From Alphaproteobacteria bacterium (GTDB taxonomy: Bacteria > Pseudomonadota > Alphaproteobacteria > UBA6615): a stretch of DNA of 64,000 nucleotides. Below the pieces are notes generated by a model, which was not told the DNA's origin, did not search any database, and worked only from the letters and a program-made list of their open reading frames with translations. Positions 10,179-18,709 of the stretch are shown piece after piece; position 1 is the first letter of the stretch, and each line of letters starts with the position of its first letter. Location of the stretch: the NCBI GenBank assembly GCA_038117045.1, contig JAYOFE010000009.1, positions 78,086 to 142,085 on the forward strand. The letters run 5' to 3'. The position numbers and the translations under genes were made by a program.

Positions 10179-10203
10179 GGGCGGCCCGAAGCCCGGGCCG
10201 CCC
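10179..10203 (-). terminator. GC-rich hairpin (GGGCGGCCCGaagcCCGGGCCGCCC) between CocE paralogs C and B
   Basis: The perfect 10-bp stem is seen directly. The downstream U-tract on the minus strand is weak (uuaucguuucc), so it may only attenuate. Confidence 0.3.
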
Positions 10204-10211
10204 CTGCCGCT

Positions 10212-12005
10212 CTACTTTTTGCGGCTTGTCCTTTTTTCCGGAATGACCGGCAGCATGACATAGGCCTGCTGGCTGGGTCCGGTATGCAGCGTGACGTCGC
10301 CGCCGAAAATGTCGGCTGGTCGGTCGCGCGGATCGTCGTGCCGGAAGATCGCAACGCCCGTCCAGTTGGCATATTCGCCGAGGTCAGTGTTGGAATCACC
10401 CGGATAAACGTAGTCACGTCCGCGCACGGACAGCGCCAGCCGGTAGCCTTTCGGCACATGGATACAGGTCGGCCAGACCTCAACGTCGAGTTCATAGGCC
10501 TTGCCCGGTTCCAGAGGCTGCTCCTCGTCATGGGTATGATAGGGCCGATAGGGCAGTGTCTTCTTCGTGTCCAGCTTGCGGTGGGAAGCACGCAGCCAGC
10601 CCTGGGCGATCGGCGTATGCGGATCGAGTGCGCCCTGGAAGGTTACCTCCTTCATATCCGGGCCGAACACACGAACGACCAGGAACATGTCGGCGTCAGT
10701 GGTCGCCGAGGACACCCACAGCTTCGACGCGATCGGGCCGGTGATCTCCACATCCTCTTCCAGTGGCGGCGTCATGAACGTCACACCATCGGAGAAGCCA
10801 CCATAGGTCACATCGCCCTTCTTCCTCTGGGGCGTGGTCGACATGCTCATGTCGCTCGGGTCGAGATAGAACTTTGTCCATTCCGTCCGCTTCAGCGGCC
10901 ACTCGTCCTCATGGCGTTCGACGAACTTTTCACCCGGGTGGCGGACCTGGAGCTGCACCTTGGGCTGCTTGTCCCAGCCGTTCTTCTTTCCTTTCAGGAA
11001 GTAGTCGAAGAACCGCTTCTGCAGGTCCATGCCGTAGTCGGTGTAGAAGTGGGTCCAGTGCTCGATCCCGTGCACTTCCAGCCACTTCTCCTTCGAGGCC
11101 GACTGGGTGAAGCCCTCGAAGTTGCCGCGCGGATGCAGGCCCTGACCGCCCCAGTTGGCGGTGGACAGCATCGGCACCTTGACCTTCGACCAGTCAGGCA
11201 TGCGCGACTGCCAGTATTCGTCGGTATCCAGCTTCCGGGTGCGCACGTCGTCATAGAAGTTGTTTCGGTTCTGGCCGAGTTCTTCCTCGGTCAGCGTCTC
11301 CGGGCCGGAGACCCATTCGCCGTTCATGCGCGAGCGCTTTCCGTTGGTCCCCTTGCCGTACTGCACCGAATAGACCTGCGCCTCGGACCAATCCTTGACG
11401 AACCCGTTGCACAGAATGCCGCCATGGTGGCCCATGTCGCGGTAGAAGTCCGCCGCGCCTTCCCACGGGCAGATCGCTGCCAGGTGCTTGGGCTGCAGCG
11501 CTGCACACTGCCACTGGTTCTCAGCGTAGTAGGAGATGCCGTTCAGGCCGACCTTGCCGTTCGACCAGGACTGCACGCCCGCCCAGTCCACGCAGATCGC
11601 CAGATCCTGTGCCTCGCGCAGCGACCAGATGTCGATGACACCGGGGGAGCGTCCGGTGCCACGCCCGTCAACACGAATACATACATAATCGTCCGGCACC
11701 CAGCGCTCTGGGTCCACCACTTCCCAGTTCTGGTACTTCTCGCTCGTACCCGCGCCGATTTCCGGGAAATCCTCCAGCATGCGCTCATACTGGTCGTGAT
11801 AGGCGTCGTCGAAGTGAAGGAACTTGCCATAGGGGCCGTATGTCATGATGACGGGGTACTTGCCGTCCTTGATTGGCCGGTACACGTCGCAACGCAGGAC
11901 CAGCCCGTCGTCCATCTCGATCGGCACATCCCAGTCGATGCGCATGCCGTCGCGGACATCGGTCCACGCCTGATCGTCCATGTACTGGGTTTTCTTCTTC
12001 GCCAT
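10212..12005 (-). CDS. CocE/NonD family hydrolase, paralog C
   Basis: 597 aa with a GISYYAENQWQ elbow. It has the same architecture as A and B and is separated from B by a 90-bp spacer containing a hairpin. Confidence 0.85.
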   Translation of the reverse strand: MAKKKTQYMDDQAWTDVRDGMRIDWDVPIEMDDGLVLRCDVYRPIKDGKYPVIMTYGPYGKFLHFDDAYHDQYERMLEDFPEIGAGTSEKYQNWEVVDPERWVPDDYVCIRVDGRGTGRSPGVIDIWSLREAQDLAICVDWAGVQSWSNGKVGLNGISYYAENQWQCAALQPKHLAAICPWEGAADFYRDMGHHGGILCNGFVKDWSEAQVYSVQYGKGTNGKRSRMNGEWVSGPETLTEEELGQNRNNFYDDVRTRKLDTDEYWQSRMPDWSKVKVPMLSTANWGGQGLHPRGNFEGFTQSASKEKWLEVHGIEHWTHFYTDYGMDLQKRFFDYFLKGKKNGWDKQPKVQLQVRHPGEKFVERHEDEWPLKRTEWTKFYLDPSDMSMSTTPQRKKGDVTYGGFSDGVTFMTPPLEEDVEITGPIASKLWVSSATTDADMFLVVRVFGPDMKEVTFQGALDPHTPIAQGWLRASHRKLDTKKTLPYRPYHTHDEEQPLEPGKAYELDVEVWPTCIHVPKGYRLALSVRGRDYVYPGDSNTDLGEYANWTGVAIFRHDDPRDRPADIFGGDVTLHTGPSQQAYVMLPVIPEKRTSRKK

Positions 12006-12032
12006 CGTTCTCTCCCCGATACGAAATCAAAG

Positions 12033-12058
12033 CCGCCCGTTCGGGCGGTGCTGTTTTT
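12033..12058 (+). terminator. intrinsic terminator-like hairpin plus T-run, plus strand (terminator 1)
   Basis: CCGCCCG-tt-CGGGCGG stem followed by tgcTGTTTTTgg. It lies in the cocE-C / mcp divergent intergenic region. Confidence 0.4.
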
Positions 12059-12115
12059 GGCCCCCTCCATGCGGAAGAGCCGCCAGTTTCAAATTATAGA
12101 ATAGTGGAATTCCGC

Positions 12116-12146
12116 CCGCCGGGGGAAGCGCCCGGCGGCATTTTTT
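12116..12146 (+). terminator. strong intrinsic terminator, plus strand (terminator 2)
   Basis: Perfect 8-bp stem CCGCCGGG/CCCGGCGG with a 7-nt loop, followed by caTTTTTT. No plus-strand gene is annotated upstream of it, since the cocE genes are all on the minus strand. Confidence 0.55.
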
Positions 12147-12338
12147 GCCGGACCGGAAACCACATCACCCGGGGCATGGATTTGAGCGCGCAAGCCGGAA
12201 CCATGACCGTATTGCTACAAAAATATGACTAGTTCACACCTGAAATGGAGGAAAAATTAAGCAACCGGTAACCTTGGCAACGGCATAACTCCATCGAAGT
12301 GAGCAACACAGATTCGTTTCGCATTCACTCAACCGATA

Positions 12339-13949
12339 TTGACCTGCAAGTGGAGTAAACGACCCATGTCAGCAGCCAACGCATTGGCAAAAACCAAGGC
12401 CGACCACCCCGAGCGCGGCTCAGGTTCAGTGCTCGGGCGCATTACGTCCCTCGAAAAGTCGATGCTCGATTTGTTGCCGGTGAACGTTCTCACCTGCGAT
12501 CCGAAGACGTTCAAGATCACCTACGCCAACCGAACCAGCCGCGACACGCTCGACGAGCTTGCCCACCTGCTGCCGGGCGGCGTCAATGGCGACAACATCG
12601 TTGGCCAGTCGATCGACGTGTTCCACAAGAACCCGGAACACCAGCGCCGGATGCTGGCGGACCCTGAAGCCAACCTGCCGCACCACGCGATCATCCGCCT
12701 GGGTCCGGAGCTTCTCGAACTGAACGTCACCGCCGTCCCCTCCAAGGGCAAGAAGGTCGGCACGCTTATGCTGTCCTGGACGGTCGTGACCGAACGCGAG
12801 CGCCTCAAGCGCATGGTCGATAACATGCCGATCAACGTCATGATGTGCGATCCCGAGTCGTTCGAGATCAACTACGCGAACAAGACGAGCGTCGAGACGC
12901 TGCGGTCGATCGAGCACCTGCTGCCGATCAAGGCCGATGAACTGCTCGGCACCTGCATCAACGTCTTCCACAAGATGCCCGAGATGCAGCGCAAGCTGCT
13001 CAAGGACCCGGCAAACCTTCCACACAACGCCAAGATCAAGCTCGGCGAAGAGACGCTTAAGCTGGATGTTTCCGCGATCATCGACAACAGCGGCTACTAC
13101 ATCGGCCCGATGGTGAGCTGGTCCGTCATCACCAAGGAAGAGGCCCTGGCCACGACGGTGAGCGAGATCACCGACACGGTGGCATCCGCAGCCGAACAGC
13201 TTCGCGGCAACTCCCAGGAGCTGGACGGCACGTCTGAGTCAGCCTCCTCCCAGTTGAACGCCGTTGCGGCCGCCACGGAGGAAGCCTCCGCGAACGTGGC
13301 CACGGTGGCCGCAGCCACGGAAGAACTCTCAGCGACCCTCGATGACATCAGCCGCCAGATCATGAGCGCGAATGACATCACGCGGAACGCCGTGACCCAG
13401 GCGAACGAAAGCAACGCCAAGGTCGAGTCACTCCCCTCCGCCGCCGAGCGCATCGGTGAAGTGATCACGCTGATCAAGGACATCGCCGAACAGACCAACC
13501 TCCTGGCCCTGAACGCCACCATCGAGGCGGCGCGCGCGGGCGAGGCCGGCAAGGGCTTTGCTGTCGTCGCGTCTGAAGTGAAGTCGCTCGCCAACCAGAC
13601 GGCAGGCGCGACCAGCGAGATCACGGACCAGATCTCCACGATCCAGACCGAGATCGGCAGCACGATCGAGGGCATCCAGACCATCAGCAGCATCATCGGC
13701 CAGGTCGAGGAAATTTCGACCACGATCGCCGCGGCGGTCGAGGAGCAGACGGCCGCCGTCCGCGAAATCGCCTCGAACGCCCAGCATGCCTCGCAGGGAA
13801 CGGAGGAGGTCTCCTCCAACGTGGCCGGCGTCAGCAGCGGGGTCAGCACCGCGCGCGAACTCGCAGGTGCCGTGCAGTCGGCCGCCAACAATCTGTCGGA
13901 GCAGGCGGAAGCCCTCAAGAAGCAGATCACGTCCTTCCTGGAGCGCTGA
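12339..13949 (+). CDS. soluble methyl-accepting chemotaxis protein with two tandem PAS-like domains
   Basis: 536 aa with no TM or HAMP segment. Two internally repeated ~120-aa PAS-like modules are visible ([23 protein letters not shown]... and [22 protein letters not shown]...). They are followed by an MCP signalling domain ([31 protein letters not shown]). Confidence 0.85.
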   Translation: MTCKWSKRPMSAANALAKTKADHPERGSGSVLGRITSLEKSMLDLLPVNVLTCDPKTFKITYANRTSRDTLDELAHLLPGGVNGDNIVGQSIDVFHKNPEHQRRMLADPEANLPHHAIIRLGPELLELNVTAVPSKGKKVGTLMLSWTVVTERERLKRMVDNMPINVMMCDPESFEINYANKTSVETLRSIEHLLPIKADELLGTCINVFHKMPEMQRKLLKDPANLPHNAKIKLGEETLKLDVSAIIDNSGYYIGPMVSWSVITKEEALATTVSEITDTVASAAEQLRGNSQELDGTSESASSQLNAVAAATEEASANVATVAAATEELSATLDDISRQIMSANDITRNAVTQANESNAKVESLPSAAERIGEVITLIKDIAEQTNLLALNATIEAARAGEAGKGFAVVASEVKSLANQTAGATSEITDQISTIQTEIGSTIEGIQTISSIIGQVEEISTTIAAAVEEQTAAVREIASNAQHASQGTEEVSSNVAGVSSGVSTARELAGAVQSAANNLSEQAEALKKQITSFLER

Positions 13950-14036
13950 TCCGCACCGGACCACCGGCCCGGACACACGAAAAGACAACGGCCCCGCGCA
14001 GGCGGGGCCGTTTTCGTTTCCGGAGACGTCGCGCGC

Positions 14037-14591
14037 CTACTCGGCCTTGATGTAGAGGACGGCCCAGGGCCAGTGCGATTCATCCTCTTCCGTGGCCTTT
14101 CCGCCCGGGACGTCATAAACGATCCAGGACGGCCCGCGCCCGCCGATCTGCAGGAATGAACCGTTGCCCTTCAGGGCAAGAATCCAGTCGTGCTTCGCCA
14201 GGTCCTCGGCGGTGATTTCCACCGCAAACCCGTCCATCGCCACTGCAGTGATTTTCGTACCGTTCCATCCGGCTGCTGCAAGGACATCGGAAAGCTTGGG
14301 CCCTTCAAACGTCACAGCCGCAGGCCATGGGTCGGCCTTGATCGTTTTCTTGACGGTGCCCATGGCCTCCAGCATCGCGATGTCGAAACCGGCCGCCTTG
14401 TCGTATCCGTATTCGAGCGATTTCAGGAAAGAGGCCGTGAAAAATTCAGGCGCACCGAGATTTGTCTCACTCACCGCACCGCCAATGGTCAGGACGACCT
14501 GGCCCTGCGGCTTCGCGAGGTCCGCATTCGCCGCCCCGCCCCACAACATCGCGGTGAGCGCAAGGCCCACAAATGTCGCCAGTTTTCTCAT
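14037..14591 (-). CDS. secreted protein with a sulfite-oxidase/YedY-like (Oxidored_molyb-like) fold and no cysteine
   Basis: 184 aa with a cleavable signal peptide (MRKLATFVGLALTAMLWGGAANA). Segments FEGPKLSDVLAAAG and AVAMDGFAVEITAEDLAKHDWILALKGNGSFLQIGGRGPSWIVY resemble the Mo-cofactor domain core. The mature protein has zero Cys, so the canonical Mo ligand is missing. Confidence 0.45.
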   Translation of the reverse strand: MRKLATFVGLALTAMLWGGAANADLAKPQGQVVLTIGGAVSETNLGAPEFFTASFLKSLEYGYDKAAGFDIAMLEAMGTVKKTIKADPWPAAVTFEGPKLSDVLAAAGWNGTKITAVAMDGFAVEITAEDLAKHDWILALKGNGSFLQIGGRGPSWIVYDVPGGKATEEDESHWPWAVLYIKAE

Positions 14592-14606
14592 CGCGCTGTC
14601 TCCTGT

Positions 14607-15410
14607 CTAAAGCCGGTTGTCCGGGTCAACGCTGTAACCCAGTTCATTCATCCACATGAGGCTCGACCACGTGTCCTTTGAGGGGTCGAGTTCCATCCCG
14701 ATGGCACCTGCATAGCCCTTGCCCACAGCGCGGCGCGCCAGCCAAAGCAGGTCCAGTTCGCCCTCGCCCGGCTCGTGGCGTCCAGGCGGGTTCCCGATCT
14801 GCACATATCCGATCTGCGGCCAGTATTCGTCCATAATGCCGGACAGCGTGCCCGTTTCCTCGTAGCGCATATGGAAGGTGTCATAGACGAGCCCCACATT
14901 CGCCAGGCCCACGGCCTCCACGATTTCGCGCGCCTGCGCCATGGTCTGCATCGCCCAGTCCGCGATGCGGTGGGCGGTCACGGGCTCCAGCAGGAATTTG
15001 CACCGGTGGCTGCCCGCGGCGCGGGCGATGTAGCCGAGGTTCTCGATATAGGTCTCGACGCAACGCTCCCGGCTTTCGCCCGGCGGGACCGGCCCCGCCC
15101 CGACATTGATCGAATAGAAATCGCAGTGGGTGATGTAGTCCAGCGCCTGATCGGCGGCGCGGCGGAACTCGTCCTGCCGGCCCGGCTGCGCGCCGAGCCC
15201 CATCGTGCCACCCGCCCAATCGGCCGGCACCACGCAATAGGTGAACTCCAGACCGTGATCATCGAGCAAGGACTTGAGCTCGTCCTTTGGCAGTTCGTAG
15301 GGGAAATGGTACTCGATCGCGGTGCAGCCGATCTTCGCCGCCGCCGCAAACCGGTTACGCAGCGGCAGTTCCAGGAACAGGTGATAGAAGTTCGGTGCGA
15401 AACGGATCAT
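14607..15410 (-). CDS. hyi: hydroxypyruvate isomerase family protein (xylose-isomerase-like TIM barrel)
   Basis: 267 aa. The N-terminus MIRFAPNFYHLFLELPLRNRFAAAAKIGCTAIEY matches the Hyi/OtnI pattern. It lies 15 bp upstream of the secreted protein, so an operon is likely. Confidence 0.8.
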   Translation of the reverse strand: MIRFAPNFYHLFLELPLRNRFAAAAKIGCTAIEYHFPYELPKDELKSLLDDHGLEFTYCVVPADWAGGTMGLGAQPGRQDEFRRAADQALDYITHCDFYSINVGAGPVPPGESRERCVETYIENLGYIARAAGSHRCKFLLEPVTAHRIADWAMQTMAQAREIVEAVGLANVGLVYDTFHMRYEETGTLSGIMDEYWPQIGYVQIGNPPGRHEPGEGELDLLWLARRAVGKGYAGAIGMELDPSKDTWSSLMWMNELGYSVDPDNRL

Positions 15411-15484
15411 GGGCGCGGCCTCCCCTGAAAGCCCGCGCCCATGGTAGGCCGCAACGGCCCGCGCTCAAAGCACCGCGATGTGCA

Positions 15485-17389
15485 TCAGGCGACGCCGTCC
15501 AGGAATTCGTCGTCCGGGACCACCCGCAACGGCAGCAGGTCGCTGCCGCCACCGATAATCAGCGATTCATCCACACGCACACAGGCGCCGCCGTAATAGC
15601 CACCGACGGAGAAGGTGCCGATCTGCACATTGCGCCCTTCCACCTGCGGCAGGCGGAAGAGTTCCTGGTAGATCGTGTCGCGGGAGTCGAACTGGCCCGC
15701 CGTTTCCTCGACGAGGCCGTCATGCCGGTCGAAGATCGCGATGTTCGAGCCCCAGCGCCCCACAATCGGCTTGGCGACATAGCCGGTCCGGCGCAGGTCG
15801 TCGTCCAGCTCATAGCTGGAGTTCAGCAGGAAGCGGCTCGACGGGAACATCGAGTGCACGATGGGCAGGATCGCCTTGTTGCTGGTCACCAGCGTCCACA
15901 GCGGCTCGAAGACGATGACTTCCTCGCGCAAAAGCACGTCGACAAGGCGCGGCGGATACTTGCGGTGGTCGATGGTGTGATGCAGGCGCAGTTCCTCGGC
16001 GTCGTCGTCGAGTTCATGGCGGATCTGGTCAAGCGCGGTCTCCCACGCCCAGGTCTTCCAGACCCATGTGATGCGCAGCCCGTCCTCATCGCAGACCCAG
16101 CCCTCATCGTCCCACTGCAGGTCCCCGACGCCGTGCACGACCTTGCAGGTGATGCCAGCCTTCTCGGCCGCCGCTTTCATGTAGAGAGCGTGATAAGTCT
16201 CCTCGAGGTCACGGTCCTGCATGATGTGCAGCACACCGTCGAGCCCGATCTCCTGCCAGGCCTCGACCAGGCGGTCGTAGAGCTCGATGCCCGCGTCCTC
16301 GCCCGCCGTACAGCCGAAATGCTCGGCCCAGCGGCCCTGAACGAAGCCGCACTCCATATGGCAGGAGCAGGAATCGGCGTTGTACTCGTAGGCCTTCACA
16401 CCCTGATCGGAGAGCGCAAAGTCGAACCGGCCGGTGATCATCTCACCGCGACGATTGCCCCATGACTGGCGGATACGCGGCCAGAGGACCGGCGGCAGGT
16501 TGAACCGGCGCAGCAGGTCCTCGTTTTCAAGCACATAGTTTGTGGCGTGCAGGAACATGCGGTGCAGTTCGTTCGTCGCGCGCCGCAATTCGCGCTCAGC
16601 CGTCTCGCTGATGCAGAAGTACTGGTGCTGGTGGGTCGCGTCGGAAGCGAGCTTGCATCCCTTGTTGAGCTCGATATAGGCCGCCTGCTTGGCGTCCGTG
16701 CCGTCGAGCCAGGCCGTTTCGGTTTGCCCGGTGTCCGCGACCTCGCGCAGCTGCGGGACAAACAGGCGGGGATCGTCGTCGAGTTCGGCCTCGGCATGGG
16801 TCGGATCGTCGGTCTGGATCACCCAGCCCACGATCTCGGAATCGTCGAAGGTGCAGGCGAGTGTGTATCCCGTCGTATCGTCACCCGTCATCGGCAGTTC
16901 GCGCGCCCAGTCCCGGCCTTCCGGCCAGACTTCGTGATCGACGTTCTGTTCGACAATGCGGATGAGGTCGGGATGGACTTCGGTGACGATGGCCACATGG
17001 CCGGTCACGTCGAACTCCCCGCCCTCGTGCCAGATCAGAAGCGCGCCGGGTTCCGGCGGGCGGCGGGATCCGTTGCGGAAGGAATGAAGCGGCAGGAGAG
17101 AACCGTCGGCAACCACCCGTACATTGCGCAGGCGGAATATGTCGTACGCCATCGCGATGTCGTCGAAGACGTAGCCCTTGTTGAGGTAGAGCCAGCGGCG
17201 TGCGAGTTCGACGCACTGCCACTTGTGGCCCATGTAAACGCCGTCGACATGGCTGCGATAGGATTGCCGGGTGGCATACTCCTCCGGGTCGGCTGATTCA
17301 TAGTCGGAGGAATAGACGGGCACTGCCCCCGGCGCGGTTCCGATCAATGCACCGAACCTCGCGGGGCGCCCGGATACTGGGTGCTTCAA
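15485..17389 (-). CDS. gss: bifunctional glutathionylspermidine synthetase/amidase
   Basis: 634 aa. An N-terminal CHAP amidase domain (GHKWQCVELARRW, the catalytic Cys-containing motif, as in E. coli Gsp) is fused to a C-terminal Gsp synthetase. The whole protein is colinear by eye with E. coli Gss. The start is TTG at 17387-17389, with an in-frame stop 4 codons upstream. Confidence 0.9.
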   Translation of the reverse strand: MKHPVSGRPARFGALIGTAPGAVPVYSSDYESADPEEYATRQSYRSHVDGVYMGHKWQCVELARRWLYLNKGYVFDDIAMAYDIFRLRNVRVVADGSLLPLHSFRNGSRRPPEPGALLIWHEGGEFDVTGHVAIVTEVHPDLIRIVEQNVDHEVWPEGRDWARELPMTGDDTTGYTLACTFDDSEIVGWVIQTDDPTHAEAELDDDPRLFVPQLREVADTGQTETAWLDGTDAKQAAYIELNKGCKLASDATHQHQYFCISETAERELRRATNELHRMFLHATNYVLENEDLLRRFNLPPVLWPRIRQSWGNRRGEMITGRFDFALSDQGVKAYEYNADSCSCHMECGFVQGRWAEHFGCTAGEDAGIELYDRLVEAWQEIGLDGVLHIMQDRDLEETYHALYMKAAAEKAGITCKVVHGVGDLQWDDEGWVCDEDGLRITWVWKTWAWETALDQIRHELDDDAEELRLHHTIDHRKYPPRLVDVLLREEVIVFEPLWTLVTSNKAILPIVHSMFPSSRFLLNSSYELDDDLRRTGYVAKPIVGRWGSNIAIFDRHDGLVEETAGQFDSRDTIYQELFRLPQVEGRNVQIGTFSVGGYYGGACVRVDESLIIGGGSDLLPLRVVPDDEFLDGVA

Positions 17390-17589
17390 CAGCTCACCTT
17401 AAGGACGCGTTGCGGACCGGACCGGACCATCCGGCACCGCACCCCCAACGGCGGACAAATGCGCCCGACCGCCTCCGCTTTCAAGATACTTCGTGAAAGT
17501 TTTTGCAAGTGCTGGAAATGGGTCGCCGGGTGCGCGATCCTGACCGCACCGGGTACCGCTGCCCCTTCGCTGACATCATGGAGCCGATC

Positions 17590-18030
17590 ATGTCCCTGCG
17601 TCTTGCCGCCGCCCTCGCCATATCCGCGAGTCTCCTGACAACAGCGCCCGCCGATGCGGACGAGGCCCTGACGGAAACAGCCCGCGCGCAGATCTCGGCC
17701 TTTGTCGAAGGGGTGATCTCCGGGCCGGACGCTGTCGCGCCGCTGCTGGCACCCGAGTTCCAGATCATGCGCTCCAACGGCATCGGCTATGACCGCGCAG
17801 GCTATGTCGGCCGCGGCGCCGGTTCGGTGAACGCACGACCCCGCTACGGCCTTGCCGACATCGTGGCCACGGCCGATGGAGACCTGCTGGTGACGCGCTA
17901 TTTCCTGGAGATCGAGGAAACCATCGACGGCAAGTCGGTCACGAAACGCGCGCCACGCCTGACCGTATTCCGCAAGTTCGGCGACGCATGGAAGGTCAGC
18001 GCGCACGGCAATTTCGCGCATGTGGACTAG
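17590..18030 (+). CDS. secreted NTF2-like (SnoaL/DUF4440-like) protein
   Basis: About 146 aa from the MSLRLAAALAISASLL signal peptide. The size and pattern fit an NTF2-like fold. The longer annotated ORF start is unlikely. Confidence 0.45.
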   Translation: MSLRLAAALAISASLLTTAPADADEALTETARAQISAFVEGVISGPDAVAPLLAPEFQIMRSNGIGYDRAGYVGRGAGSVNARPRYGLADIVATADGDLLVTRYFLEIEETIDGKSVTKRAPRLTVFRKFGDAWKVSAHGNFAHVD

Positions 18031-18032
18031 CC

Positions 18033-18623
18033 ATGGATGAGGCCGGTTTCTGTTCGCGCCTGCTCGACATCATCGAACAGGATGTCATCCCGCTGACCCG
18101 TGAAGGTGTCGCGGCGGGAAACAAGGTCTTCGGCGCCGCGATCCTGCGCAAGGATGACCTTTCGCTGGTGATCGCGGCCACCAACAACGAGATCGAGAAC
18201 CCGCTCAACCATGGGGAAATCTCGACCCTCAATGCGTTCTACCGTCTCGATCCGGCCTCGCGGCCCAAAACGGCCGACTGCATCTTCGTCTCCACCCACG
18301 AGCCCTGCCCGCTCTGCCTGTCGGCCATCACATGGGCGGGTTTCGACAACTTCTATTATTTCTTCGGCTACGAGGACACGCGCGACACATTCGACATTCC
18401 CCACGACCTGAAAATCCTGCAGGAGGTGTTCAAGGTCGAGAACGTGGACTACGCGCGCACCAACGCGTTCTGGACCTGCCGGAATATCATCGAGATGTCC
18501 GGGAACATCGCCGACGCACGCGAAGCGCGCACCACGCAAATCACCCGGATCAAGGACGCCTACGACGCGCTGTCGGACGCCTACCAGGCGTCAAAAGGCG
18601 ACAACGATATCCCGCTCAACTAG
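18033..18623 (+). CDS. zinc-dependent nucleoside/nucleobase deaminase of the CDA fold (Fcy1-type cytosine deaminase-like)
   Basis: The HGEISTLNA zinc/proton-shuttle motif, identical in form to yeast Fcy1 HGEISTLEN, and PCPLC are present. The protein is 196 aa with a ~50-aa C-terminal extension. The start ATG at 18033 lies 2 bp after the NTF2 gene stop. Confidence 0.75.
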   Translation: MDEAGFCSRLLDIIEQDVIPLTREGVAAGNKVFGAAILRKDDLSLVIAATNNEIENPLNHGEISTLNAFYRLDPASRPKTADCIFVSTHEPCPLCLSAITWAGFDNFYYFFGYEDTRDTFDIPHDLKILQEVFKVENVDYARTNAFWTCRNIIEMSGNIADAREARTTQITRIKDAYDALSDAYQASKGDNDIPLN

Positions 18624-18709
18624 CGATCCTGCCCCATTGCGCTAGATCAACGCCTCCCGGACGGGAGCCCATAAACTCGCGTGAACTGGGGGAATGCGGG
18701 GAAGCCGCT

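Noticed and set aside
12180-12338. Possible sigma-54 (GG-N10-GC) promoter near TTGGCAACGGCATAACT upstream of the MCP gene
   Set aside because: The -12 TTGC element is absent, so the match is too weak.
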